Shown piece after piece: positions 40,378 through 50,700 of a stretch of 64,000 bases of DNA. A model generated the notes under the pieces. The model was not told the DNA's origin and made no database searches. It worked only from the letters and a program-made list of their open reading frames with translations. This DNA comes from Escherichia phage FL08. Each line of letters starts with the position of its first letter. Position 1 is the stretch's first letter. The stretch is from sequence record PP400785. One strand, written 5' to 3'. A program made the translations under genes and the position numbers.

Positions 40378-41234
40378 ATTGCCATTTTCCCTTTAATTGC
40401 TGGATGCGATTCATAATTTTCAAGGATAAAATCTTTCGGTTTCATGTATTCAGTTAACCAGTAAAGCTGTGTTTCGGTGTCACAATTTCCAAACTCTATA
40501 GGCCAATCAATTTTAAGTTCACATAGTTCTTTAGGCTCACGACGTAAAATTTCTTTACATTGCTCAGTATGATTCATATAGATGTGAGTATTACCACCAG
40601 AAAATATCAAATCTCCTGGGATAAGATTACACATCTTAGCCACAATATGCGTCAAGGCAGCGTACGAGGCAATGTTGAATGGCAAGCCCAAGAAAACATC
40701 TACACTTCTTTGGTACCATTGTAAATCAAGATAACCATTACGCACATTAAACTGATAGAACATATGACAGGGCGGTAATGCCATTTGATTGATTTCAGCT
40801 GGATTCCATGCTGAAACGATTTGACGTCGATCAGTTGGTAATTTTTTAATACGATCAATAGTTTCAACTAATTGATCCACACCACCGAAATCACGCCATT
40901 GTTTACCGTATATAGGACCAAGTTCACCACTATGATATCCTAGGTCTTTAGCCTGGTTTTCATAGTTATCGTCCCAAATAGTTTTACCTTGAATAAGACT
41001 ACCATGAGTGCGAAGACGTAAATCATTAACATTGGTAGAACCGGAAATAAACCATAAAAGCTCAGCAATGCATGCATTCCAGGCGAGCTTCTTAGTTGTT
41101 ACTGCAGGAAAACCTTTAGTTAAATCCCAACGCAATTTAGTACCGAACAAAGCAATTGTTCCTGTGCCTGTTCGGTCATCGGTTTCATAACCATTTTCAA
41201 AAATGTCTTTAATTAAATCTTGGTATTGTTTCAT
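40374..41234 (-). CDS. td: thymidylate synthase, uninterrupted
   Basis: 286 aa continuous, the length of the spliced T4 Td; catalytic-Cys region [11 protein letters not shown]; no intron. Confidence 0.95.
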
Positions 41235-41278
41235 TTAGTACCTTATATAAATTATAATACATTTTATGAAGCTAATAA

Positions 41279-41626
41279 TTAATACGGTTTAGCATCAAAT
41301 TTTCTCTCAATTTCAGGCGTGAAATATAATTCTTTACCGCGTTTGGAAAAGCGACCAATAATATGATAATTATTCTCATCAAACGTGATATTACCAATAT
41401 CCATAGCTTTCAACCAAATATCGATATTTCTATCCAGCTTTATGTCAAAATTCCAATACGGAGAACTATTACCGAAAATACTGCAAGCGGATTCAGTGAA
41501 ACAGCTACTATAAATCTTGTCTTTAGGAACTACTAATTGATAGACACCTTTAATAAACTGAGGACCCTGCCACTTTGGCTGTTTCGCGTCTTTTTCTAAT
41601 AGAATAGGGTAATAATTAAAATTCAT
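41279..41626 (-). CDS. hypothetical protein encoded on an insertion between td and frd
   Basis: 115 aa from the ATG at 41626 (the ORF track starts at GTG 41638); no recognisable motif; sits where frd and td overlap in T4. Confidence 0.5.
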   Translation of the reverse strand: MNFNYYPILLEKDAKQPKWQGPQFIKGVYQLVVPKDKIYSSCFTESACSIFGNSSPYWNFDIKLDRNIDIWLKAMDIGNITFDENNYHIIGRFSKRGKELYFTPEIERKFDAKPY

Positions 41627-41646
41627 ATTTTCCGCCACGCGTTATT

Positions 41647-42473
<827 letters not shown>

Positions 42474-42484
42474 ATCATCTCCAA

Positions 42485-42817
42485 TTAAAAAGGATCAGGA
42501 ACGTATCCGCTAGCTTTAATCATTTTAATTAACGTTAACATTCCTTTGTTAACTGCTCGTGAGATTTCATCAAAAGCTTCAGGATTAAAAAGTTCTAACA
42601 CGCCCTTCTGAACTTTTAATTTACAGCCAACAATTTCTTCATCGCCTATAGTAAATTCATTACCACCAATTCCTCCGAAAAACTTAATTACACCAGTTAA
42701 CTGTCTTCCACGAGAATATGGGTCGTGTGATAAATTAATATGAGTCACCCCGGGTACAGTTTTAAATTGGCAGCGAATGTTTACTTGGGAAATTCCAGTT
42801 ACATGAATATCAGACAT
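42485..42817 (-). CDS. hypothetical protein (frd.2 position)
   Basis: 110-aa ORF. Confidence 0.5.
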   Translation of the reverse strand: MSDIHVTGISQVNIRCQFKTVPGVTHINLSHDPYSRGRQLTGVIKFFGGIGGNEFTIGDEEIVGCKLKVQKGVLELFNPEAFDEISRAVNKGMLTLIKMIKASGYVPDPF

Positions 42818-42827
42818 AATATTTTCC

Positions 42828-43070
42828 TCAAACAGACTTTTTCACAATTTTCCAATCAGCTTTAAACTGTTCAACGTCAGAATGGTAAATCCAGAATCCT
42901 GCGCTTTCTCCGTCTTCATAAAGAGGACATCCATCGCATTCATCTTCCCATCCCATATCACGTAAAAGATGTTCAGCTTTTTCAACAAGTTCAGAATCTT
43001 TACCGATGATATTAAAATACCATTTACCTCTAACTTCCGAATCTTTGATGCTCTGACGTTGTAATCTCAT
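42828..43070 (-). CDS. hypothetical protein (frd.3 position)
   Basis: 80-aa ORF. Confidence 0.5.
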   Translation of the reverse strand: MRLQRQSIKDSEVRGKWYFNIIGKDSELVEKAEHLLRDMGWEDECDGCPLYEDGESAGFWIYHSDVEQFKADWKIVKKSV

Positions 43071-43125
43071 TTTATTCTCCTCAAGTTGATAAGGCTATAG
43101 TATCATTACCATAGCCCGTTGTAAA

Positions 43126-43512
43126 CTACTTTTTGAAAGTTTTTCGCAAAAGTTCAATGATTTCATCTACATTGTTTTCGTCAACAATGCAGTGAATTTT
43201 TGTTACGCCAGAAACTATACCTTCATTAGCGGATTGAGGCTTTTCTAAAGTTACCTCAGTAAAGTATTTGAATTCTTCAGAGTAAATCTCAAAATACGTC
43301 TCAAGTGGGCCACCCGCCATGTATTCAGTGCCATCTTCCATAGTTACACGTACCACACATTCACCAGCACAATCATCACTTTCCATTTCATCTACAACAA
43401 AACTAGGTCCGTGCTTCTCTATTAAATTTAGCATCATCACATTGCAACGGCACTCGTTAGCAAAGTCATTTTTAAATAAAGGGTTAATGATATAAGTTTT
43501 TCCAACTTCCAT
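43126..43512 (-). CDS. hypothetical acidic protein
   Basis: 128-aa ORF. Confidence 0.5.
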   Translation of the reverse strand: MEVGKTYIINPLFKNDFANECRCNVMMLNLIEKHGPSFVVDEMESDDCAGECVVRVTMEDGTEYMAGGPLETYFEIYSEEFKYFTEVTLEKPQSANEGIVSGVTKIHCIVDENNVDEIIELLRKTFKK

Positions 43513-43558
43513 TTTGATTTCCTCATTTTAACGGGGCTATCAAATAGCCCCTTGATAA

Positions 43559-43789
43559 TTATTGCTCAATCAGTCCCATGTAAAATTCTGCGTCTTCAGA
43601 ATCCATGCCATCACAATATTCATTAGCCATAAAGCGGGTAAGGTCTTCAAGAGGACCTTCAATGACAATAGAAAAATTGCAATAATTGGGATCATCATGA
43701 ATACTTGTGATACTAAGTTCAGGATAACGATTACGAATAATCTCTTCAATATATTCAAAATCAACGATGTCAATATCAACTTTAGCCAT
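43559..43789 (-). CDS. hypothetical acidic protein
   Basis: 76 aa from the ATG at 43789 (AAAGAGG SD); the ORF track start at 43915 runs through the upstream promoter/terminator and is unlikely. Confidence 0.5.
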   Translation of the reverse strand: MAKVDIDIVDFEYIEEIIRNRYPELSITSIHDDPNYCNFSIVIEGPLEDLTRFMANEYCDGMDSEDAEFYMGLIEQ

Positions 43790-43832
43790 ATTATTTTCCT
43801 CTTTAATCATCAGCAGTATTGCCGATAGTTGT

Positions 43833-43862
43833 ATAGTACCATGGAAGGACAAGAATGTAAAC
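43833..43862 (-). promoter_or_regulatory. early promoter (GGTTTAC-N18-TACTAT) downstream of the gene 32 terminator
   Basis: The - strand reads ...tttcacaaaacGGTTTACa...ggtaCTATACAACTATC; shares extended sequence with the motA promoter. Confidence 0.5.
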
Positions 43863-43883
43863 CGTTTTGTGAAAAAAATTTTT

Positions 43884-43913
43884 GAAATAAAAAAGGGGAC
43901 CTCTAGGGTCCCC
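43884..43913 (-). terminator. rho-independent terminator after gene 32
   Basis: The - strand reads GGGGACC-CUAGA-GGUCCCC followed by UUUUUUAUUUCAAAAAUUUUUUU. Confidence 0.8.
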
Positions 43914-43935
43914 AATTAATTAGTAATATAATCTA

Positions 43936-44841
43936 TTAAAGGTCATTCAAAAGGTCATCTAGGTCCGTGTCATCAGCACTAGATGAACTGCCAGAGCTTG
44001 AGCTCATAAAATCATCTTCAGTTTTTGTATTGAAGTCATCAACATTGAATGCATCCAAATCATCAGCAACTTTATCAGCTTTCTTAGCAGCAGTTGCAGC
44101 AGCACCGCCCATCACAGCAGTTCCCATAACTTGACCGAATTTAGTGCTCAGTTCTTCAAACGATTTGAATTTATCTTTAGAAGTCATTTCAGAAAGGTCA
44201 ACCATTTGTTCGAACAGTTCTTTCTGGAAAGATTCATCGTCAATGTTTGGAATCGCAGATTGATTCAGGAATTTAGATTCGTCGTAGTTACTAAATCCAG
44301 AAACCTGTTTAACTTTCAGTACAAAGTTAGCACCTTCCCACGGACAAGTTACATCAACCGGAGTTTCACCCATTTCAACATCAACCGCAATCATCGCGTT
44401 GATTTTATCCCAGATTTTCTTACCGAAACGATATTTAAATACTTTACCTTCGTTTTCTGGAGCAGCTGGGTCTTTTACAACAAGAATATTAGCCCAGTAA
44501 GAAGTTTTACGTTTAACAAGACTGTACTCTTTATTGTCAGTGTTGTACAGATCATTTTTACTGATGTACTGACATACTGGACAAGAATCGTAATCACCAT
44601 GGGTAGATGAACATGTTTCAATATACCATTTACCATTTTTCTTGAAACCGTGATTTACAAGAATTGCGAATGGTGCTTGTTCATCATTTTTAGACGGAAG
44701 AAAACGAATTACTGCTTGACCGTTACCCGCATTATCGAGTTTCAGTTTCCACTCGCCTTTATCTTCAGAAGAAAAACCTTTATTGCCATTCAGTTTAGCC
44801 ATTTGTGCAGCAAGTTCAGCAGTAGATTTACGTTTAAACAT
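43936..44841 (-). CDS. 32: gp32 single-stranded DNA-binding protein
   Basis: 301 aa; [24 protein letters not shown]-terminus; zinc ligands [15 protein letters not shown]; acidic C-terminus [12 protein letters not shown]; translational operator in the 5' leader. Confidence 0.95.
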
Positions 44842-44930
44842 TTTATTTCCTTTTTAATTTAATTTAATTAACAGTTGGTGCTATGACACTTTACCTCATA
44901 GCTGGCATAATTCGCAATACTCTGGGTCTT
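44842..44930 (-). promoter_or_regulatory. gene 32 translational operator (pseudoknot plus unstructured A/U-rich leader)
   Basis: Leader reads ...GCCAGCUAUGAGGUAAAGUGUCAUAGCACCAACUGUUAAUUAAAUUAAAUUAAAAAGGAAAUAAA-AUG, matching the T4 gene 32 autoregulatory element as I remember it. Confidence 0.8.
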
Positions 44931-45528
44931 CGAGAGGTATCCAACCTGAGTTGAAATACTTTACCATCGATTTAGCAGTTGTATCAGTTATATTTATATT
45001 ACCTTTAACTCTTCGCCATCCAGGAGTTTTACCGTACAGATTAGAGGATAATAATAACACATAATTCTCGTAAGCAATATGAGATAATTTCCAAGACTCT
45101 ATATTAGCTCGTGATGTTTTCCAAGGTCTAAAATCGTCACGGTTCATATAATTAGCCAATCTCATATGCTCTCTAACTTCCGGGTCTTTGGCTGGATGAG
45201 TTTCACCACTCACACCAAATCCACCACCAGCATATACCAGATTAAAATAGTCTGGATTATCTCTGGCATTTACTTCAAGTTGGTATTTTCGTTCTGCTTC
45301 AATAACATCCAAGTCATCATCAATTTGAATTATTTTAACGCTCGGTTTTTGAAGCATTAGCGCATTCAAAAATCTTTTTTGTTTACATGAGCTCCAGTAT
45401 TCCTTTCCGGAAGAGTCATATATTATTCCGTTCTCAAATGAGCAATTTAATTTACTACCGATATAATAGTATGGCGGAGTCTTATTTTTGACACGGTCTT
45501 CAAATGTAAACCAATATACTATATTCAT
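44896..45528 (-). CDS. GIY-YIG homing endonuclease (seg-like) between genes 59 and 32
   Basis: 210 aa; N-terminal IVYWFTFE...YYYIGSK GIY-YIG-type motif; position matches T4 segG. Confidence 0.72.
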   Translation of the reverse strand: MNIVYWFTFEDRVKNKTPPYYYIGSKLNCSFENGIIYDSSGKEYWSSCKQKRFLNALMLQKPSVKIIQIDDDLDVIEAERKYQLEVNARDNPDYFNLVYAGGGFGVSGETHPAKDPEVREHMRLANYMNRDDFRPWKTSRANIESWKLSHIAYENYVLLLSSNLYGKTPGWRRVKGNINITDTTAKSMVKYFNSGWIPLEDPEYCELCQL

Positions 45529-45529
45529 A

Positions 45530-46183
45530 TCAATACTTGCAAGATTTCACAGTTTCAATGAAAACACTTTTAGCTTTCTGTGAATCAATATTTAAAATTT
45601 TTCTATAAGCCTTTAACTTTATAGAATAATTGTTCCAAACTAAATTATCAGTTTGTTCATCATGTTTATCAATTATATTTAAAAACGAATCAAGCAAGAT
45701 AAACGTCTCAAACGAAATTATGTTCGATTGCAGAAGTTTAAAAATATAACTTGACTGAACCTTTGGATTATATTCAAAGATTTCTTTAAAAGCAGAAACT
45801 TCAACTTTTTTACTAAAATAATAAATGTTGCGAATATCTTCTTCAAACTTAAATTTAATTTGCTTTAAGCGTCCGATATATTCACGATAAAACACAAGTG
45901 CATCAGCGTCAGAGATGTCACCAATCCAAGCATCTTGGTTAGCAACCAAATTGCTTATAAAGATTAAAGCAAGTTCCTTTAATTTATATTTTTCTGATAA
46001 CTTCTGGAAAAAATACTTATCCCTTCGCTTTTGATAAGCGGCATCAGACACCCGCATGCACCAATTATACTTAATAACATCATACTTTCCATTCATATGC
46101 TGTTTTATCATTAAGTATAATTTATAAACTGATTTACCATCAATGTATCTTTCACCACCAGCAGGCATGCGGAGTTTAATCAT
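45530..46183 (-). CDS. 59: gp59 helicase loader
   Basis: 217 aa as in T4 gp59. Confidence 0.88.
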   Translation of the reverse strand: MIKLRMPAGGERYIDGKSVYKLYLMIKQHMNGKYDVIKYNWCMRVSDAAYQKRRDKYFFQKLSEKYKLKELALIFISNLVANQDAWIGDISDADALVFYREYIGRLKQIKFKFEEDIRNIYYFSKKVEVSAFKEIFEYNPKVQSSYIFKLLQSNIISFETFILLDSFLNIIDKHDEQTDNLVWNNYSIKLKAYRKILNIDSQKAKSVFIETVKSCKY

Positions 46184-46518
46184 AGCAGAAAATCTAATGT
46201 ATTAGTTTTTTCACAACGAACAACAGAAGGACGTAAAAGATTTTCGTCAATAGCTTCTGACTGAATTTTTTCAATTATACCCGAAGGAATAAATTTAGCA
46301 AATTGAGTTTCAGGAATAGAGTTTTCTTCCAAGAATGCTGTCGTAGCTTCAAGATAACTCATTCCAAACTCTTCTACCATTTTTTCAATAATAAATCCAT
46401 TTTCTTGACGATCAAGAAGCTTTGCTATTTCATCCTTTTCTTTTTTGATTGAAAGTTCTTTTTCTGAAAGACCGGTCTCATCGACCGGACGAATATCATT
46501 TAGAGAAAACTGTGTCAT
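46180..46518 (-). CDS. 33: gp33 late transcription co-activator
   Basis: 112 aa from the ATG at 46518; the ORF track gives 115 aa from 46527. Confidence 0.72.
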   Translation of the reverse strand: MTQFSLNDIRPVDETGLSEKELSIKKEKDEIAKLLDRQENGFIIEKMVEEFGMSYLEATTAFLEENSIPETQFAKFIPSGIIEKIQSEAIDENLLRPSVVRCEKTNTLDFLL

Positions 46519-46765
46519 AAAGTTCAACTACCTCTTCAGTTTCAGCTTCAAACACATCACGGTTATCTTTATGATACAAAGCTAACAGACGATTAAACAT
46601 CTTGCCATCAACACCAAGTTCATCTTTGGCACGAATTCGAATATCTTTAATCAGTTCATTATAACCGGAAATTTTCAGTTTATGATCAGATGCTTCTTTA
46701 ATAAATTTAGCCAAGTCTTCGCCATGGATAGCTTCATCAAATTCAACCATTTCTTTTTTAGCCAT
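46496..46765 (-). CDS. dsbA: DsbA double-stranded DNA-binding protein (late transcription)
   Basis: 89 aa as in T4 DsbA; between rnh and 33. Confidence 0.72.
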   Translation of the reverse strand: MAKKEMVEFDEAIHGEDLAKFIKEASDHKLKISGYNELIKDIRIRAKDELGVDGKMFNRLLALYHKDNRDVFEAETEEVVELYDTVFSK

Positions 46766-46773
46766 TATTCACC

Positions 46774-47691
46774 TCAAAATTCATTAATGCTATTAGTTAA
46801 TTTAGAAAGACCCGCTTTTACAAAATATGAATAAATTTTGCCACGCGGTGGTAATTTATATGAATTATAGTAATTCACAATGTTTGAAGCAATATTATCA
46901 GGAATATAATCAAAATCAATTAGAACTAAATTTTCTTTATAACGATTATATTCAGATTCTGTGAGAAGCACCTTAGCTTGCTCACGGTCATTAGCAATAG
47001 CTTCAACGATTGAAGTTTTCATTGAAGGAGTTCGTTCACCTTCAACTTTGGTAAACCAAAAGTCAGATCGTACTTTAACTGAAGCAACGTTATCCTTTTT
47101 GTCGCCTTTAAGGATTTTAGTCATGCAATCAATTTCAGCAGAACCGCTTTTAATTTTAACCCATTTCTTATGCATCGGTGACCATTGCTTAACATTTGGG
47201 TATTTGTGAAGCTGTGTAAAGTCACCATCCGATGAAATGATTAAAATCTTATGTCCTTCTAAAGAGAACTTTTTAACAAGAACAGCAATATGGTCATCTG
47301 CTTCATACTTATCAATATCCATAACAATGTATGGCATATAAGCTTTCAATTCATCTATAACTTTATGGCTGGATTCAAAATAACCTTCCCAGTCCCAAGT
47401 AGATTCTTCTCGTGCTTTTCCACGGTTTTTCTTGTAATAATACGCAAAATCACGACGCCAGTATCCAGATTTCGCGTTATCAATACACAGTACAATTTTA
47501 GTGTATCCAAGCGTTTTTGCTTTTTTGACATTAAACTTAATTGAGTTCAATATCAAATGACGAACCATTGATAAATTAATTTTTTCTTTATCTGGGAAGT
47601 TTACCAAAGCAGTTGAAAGCGCAATTTGACTAAAGTCAATAAAGCAAATTCCTTCTTTGTAGTCTTCATCCAGCATCATTTCTAAATCCAT
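46774..47691 (-). CDS. rnh: RNase H (5'-3' exonuclease / flap endonuclease)
   Basis: 305 aa from the ATG at 47691 (MDLEMMLDEDYKEG...); acidic active-site residues; early promoter upstream. Confidence 0.88.
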   Translation of the reverse strand: MDLEMMLDEDYKEGICFIDFSQIALSTALVNFPDKEKINLSMVRHLILNSIKFNVKKAKTLGYTKIVLCIDNAKSGYWRRDFAYYYKKNRGKAREESTWDWEGYFESSHKVIDELKAYMPYIVMDIDKYEADDHIAVLVKKFSLEGHKILIISSDGDFTQLHKYPNVKQWSPMHKKWVKIKSGSAEIDCMTKILKGDKKDNVASVKVRSDFWFTKVEGERTPSMKTSIVEAIANDREQAKVLLTESEYNRYKENLVLIDFDYIPDNIASNIVNYYNSYKLPPRGKIYSYFVKAGLSKLTNSINEF

Positions 47692-47720
47692 ATGAACCTC
47701 GTTCAATTAGTGAGATTTCT

Positions 47721-47750
47721 ATTATATACCATCCAAATCTTAAAGTAAAC
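47721..47750 (-). promoter_or_regulatory. early promoter (GTTTAC-N18-TATAAT) for rnh
   Basis: The - strand reads GTTTAC tttaagatttggatggta TATAAT, about 30 nt upstream of the rnh ATG. Confidence 0.6.
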
Positions 47751-47753
47751 AAG

Positions 47754-47761
47754 TATAAATA
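47754..47761 (+). promoter_or_regulatory. late promoter (TATAAATA) for gene 34
   Basis: Exact TATAAATA 35 nt upstream of the gene 34 ATG; divergent from the rnh early promoter. Confidence 0.7.
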
Positions 47762-47795
47762 CTTATTATTGAAAACACAATAGGAGCCCGGGAGA

Positions 47796-50700
47796 ATGGC
47801 CGAGATTAAAAGAAAGTTCAGAGCAGAAGATGGTCTGGACGCAGGTGGTGATAAAATAATCAACGTAGCTTTAGCTGATCGTGCCGTAGGAACTGACGGC
47901 GTTAACGTTGATTACTTAATTCAAGAAAACACAGTTCAACAATATGATCCAACTCGTGGATATTTAAAAGATTTTGTAATCATTTATGATAACCGCTTTT
48001 GGGCTGCTATAAATGATATTCCAAAACCAGCAGGAGCTTTTAATAGCGTACGATGGAGAGCGTTACGTACTGATGCAAACTGGACAACTGTTTCATCAGG
48101 ACCTTATCAATTAAAGTCAGGCGAATCAATTTCAGTTGATACTACAGCTGGTAATGACATTACATTTACTTTACCATCTACCCCAATTGACGGTGATACT
48201 ATCGTTCTCCAAGATATTGGAGGAAAACCTGGAGTTAACCAAGTTTTAATTACAGCTCCGGTACAAAGCATTGTAAATTTTAGAGGTCAGCAAGTACGTT
48301 CAGTACTAATGACTCATCCAAAATCACAGATAGTTTTAATTTTTAGTAATCGTCTGTGGCAAATGTATGTCGCTGATTATAGTAGAGAAGCTGTAGTTGT
48401 AACGCCTGCGAGTCTCTATCAGGCGCAATCAAACGATTTTATCGTGCGCAGATTTACTTCAGCCGCGGCGATTAATATTAAACTTCCGAGATTTGCTAAT
48501 CATGGCGATATTATTAATTTCGTTGATTTGGATAAATTAAATCCTCTTTATCACACAATTGTTACTACATATGATGAAACAACTTCAGTACAAGAAGTTG
48601 GAACTCATTCCATTGAAGGCCGTACATCGATTGACGGTTTCTTGATGTTTGATGATAATGAGAAATTGTGGAGATTGTTTGACGGGGATAGTAAAGCACG
48701 TTTACGCATTATAACAACTAATTCTAATATTCGTCCAAATGAAGAAGTCATGGTATTTGGCGCGAATAATGGAACAACCCAGACAATTGAACTTCAGCTT
48801 CCGACTAATATTTCTGTTGGTGATACTGTTAAAATTTCCATGAATTACATGAGAAAAGGACAAACAGTTAAAATCAAAGCTGCTGATGAAGATAAAATTG
48901 CTTCTTCAGTTCAATTGTTGCAATTCCCAAAACGCTCAGAATATCCGCCTGAAGCTGAATGGGTAACAGTTCAAGAATTAGTTTTTAACGGTGAAACTAA
49001 TTATGTTCCAGTTTTGGAGCTTGCTTATATAGAAGATTCTGATGGAAAATACTGGGTTGTACAACAAAACGTTCCAACTGTAGAAAGAGTAGATTCTTTA
49101 AATGATTCTACTAGAGCAAGATTAGGCGTAATTGCTTTAGCTACACAAGCTCAAGCTAATGCTGATTTAGAAAATTCTCCGCAAAAAGAATTGGCAATTA
49201 CTCCAGAAACGTTAGCTAATCGTACTGCTACAGAAACTCGTAGAGGTATCGCAAGAATAGCAACTACTGCTCAAGTTAACCAGGATACTACATTCTCTTT
49301 TGCTGATGATATTATCATCACTCCTAAAAAGCTGAATGAAAGAACAGCTACTGAAACTCGCAGAGGTGTTGCTGAAATTGCTACGCAGCAAGAAACTAAT
49401 GCAGGAACCGATGATACTACAATCATCACTCCTAAAAAGCTTCAAGCTCGTCAAGGTTCTGAATCATTATCTGGTATTGTAACCTTTGTATCTACTGCAG
49501 GTGCTACTCCAGCTTCTAGCCGTGAATTAAATGGTACGAATGTTTATAATAAAAACACTAATAATTTAGTTGTTTCACCTAAAGCTTTGGATCAGTATAA
49601 AGCTACTCCAACGCAACAAGGCGCAGTAATTTTAGCAGTTGAAAGTGAAGTAATTGCTGGACAAAGCCAAGAAGGATGGGCAAATGCGGTTGTAACGCCA
49701 GAAACGTTACATAAAAAGACATCAACTGATGGAAGAATTGGTTTAATTGAAATTGCTACGCAAAGTGAAGTTAATACAGGAACTGACTATACTCGTGCAG
49801 TCACTCCTAAAACTTTAAATGACCGTAGAGCAACTGAAAGTTTAAGTGGTATAGCTGAAATTGCTACGCAAGTTGAATTCGACGCAGGCGTCGACGATAC
49901 TCGTATCTCTACACCATTAAAAATTAAAACCAGATTTAATAGTACTGATCGTACTTCTGTTGTTGCTCTATCTGGATTAGTTGAATCAGGAACTCTCTGG
50001 GACCATTATACCCTTAATATTCTTGAAGCAAATGAGACACAGCGTGGTACACTTCGTGTAGCTACACAAGTTGAAGCTGCTGCAGGAACATTAGATAATG
50101 TTTTAATAACTCCTAAAAAGCTTTTAGGTACTAAATCTACCGAATCGCAAGAAGGTGTTATTAAAGTTGCAACTCAGTCTGAAACTGTGACTGGAACGTC
50201 AGCAAATACTGCTGTATCTCCAAAAAATTTAAAATGGATTGTGCAGAGTGAACCAACTTGGGCAGCAACTACTCTGATAAGAGGGTTTGTTAAAACTTCT
50301 TCTGGTTCATTAACGTTTGTTGGTAATGATACGGTAGGTTCAACACAGCCATTAGAATCATATGAGAAAAATGGTTATGCAGTATCACCATATGAATTAA
50401 ATCGCGTATTAGCAAATTATTTGCCATTAAAAGCAAAAGCTGTAGATAGTAATTTATTAGATGGTCTAGATTCGCTCCAGTTCATTCGTAGGGACATTGC
50501 ACAAACAGTTAATGGTTCACTAACCTTAACCCAACAAACGAATCTGAGTGCCCCTCTTGTATCATCTAGTACTGCTACATTCGGTGGATCAGTTTCAGCA
50601 AATAGTACATTAACTATTTCTAATACTGGAACGGCAACTCGTCTGATTTTTGAGAAAGGACCTCAAACTGGAACAAACCCAGCTCAAACGATGACAGTCA

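Noticed and set aside
40374-41234. Group I intron in td
   Set aside because: td is one uninterrupted 286-aa frame with ATG start and in-frame stop; there is no room for an intron or an intron-encoded endonuclease.
44131-44862. + strand ORFs of 159 and 70 aa antisense to gene 32
   Set aside because: Antisense to a highly confident gene; Phe/Arg-rich translations typical of the reverse strand of AT-rich coding DNA.
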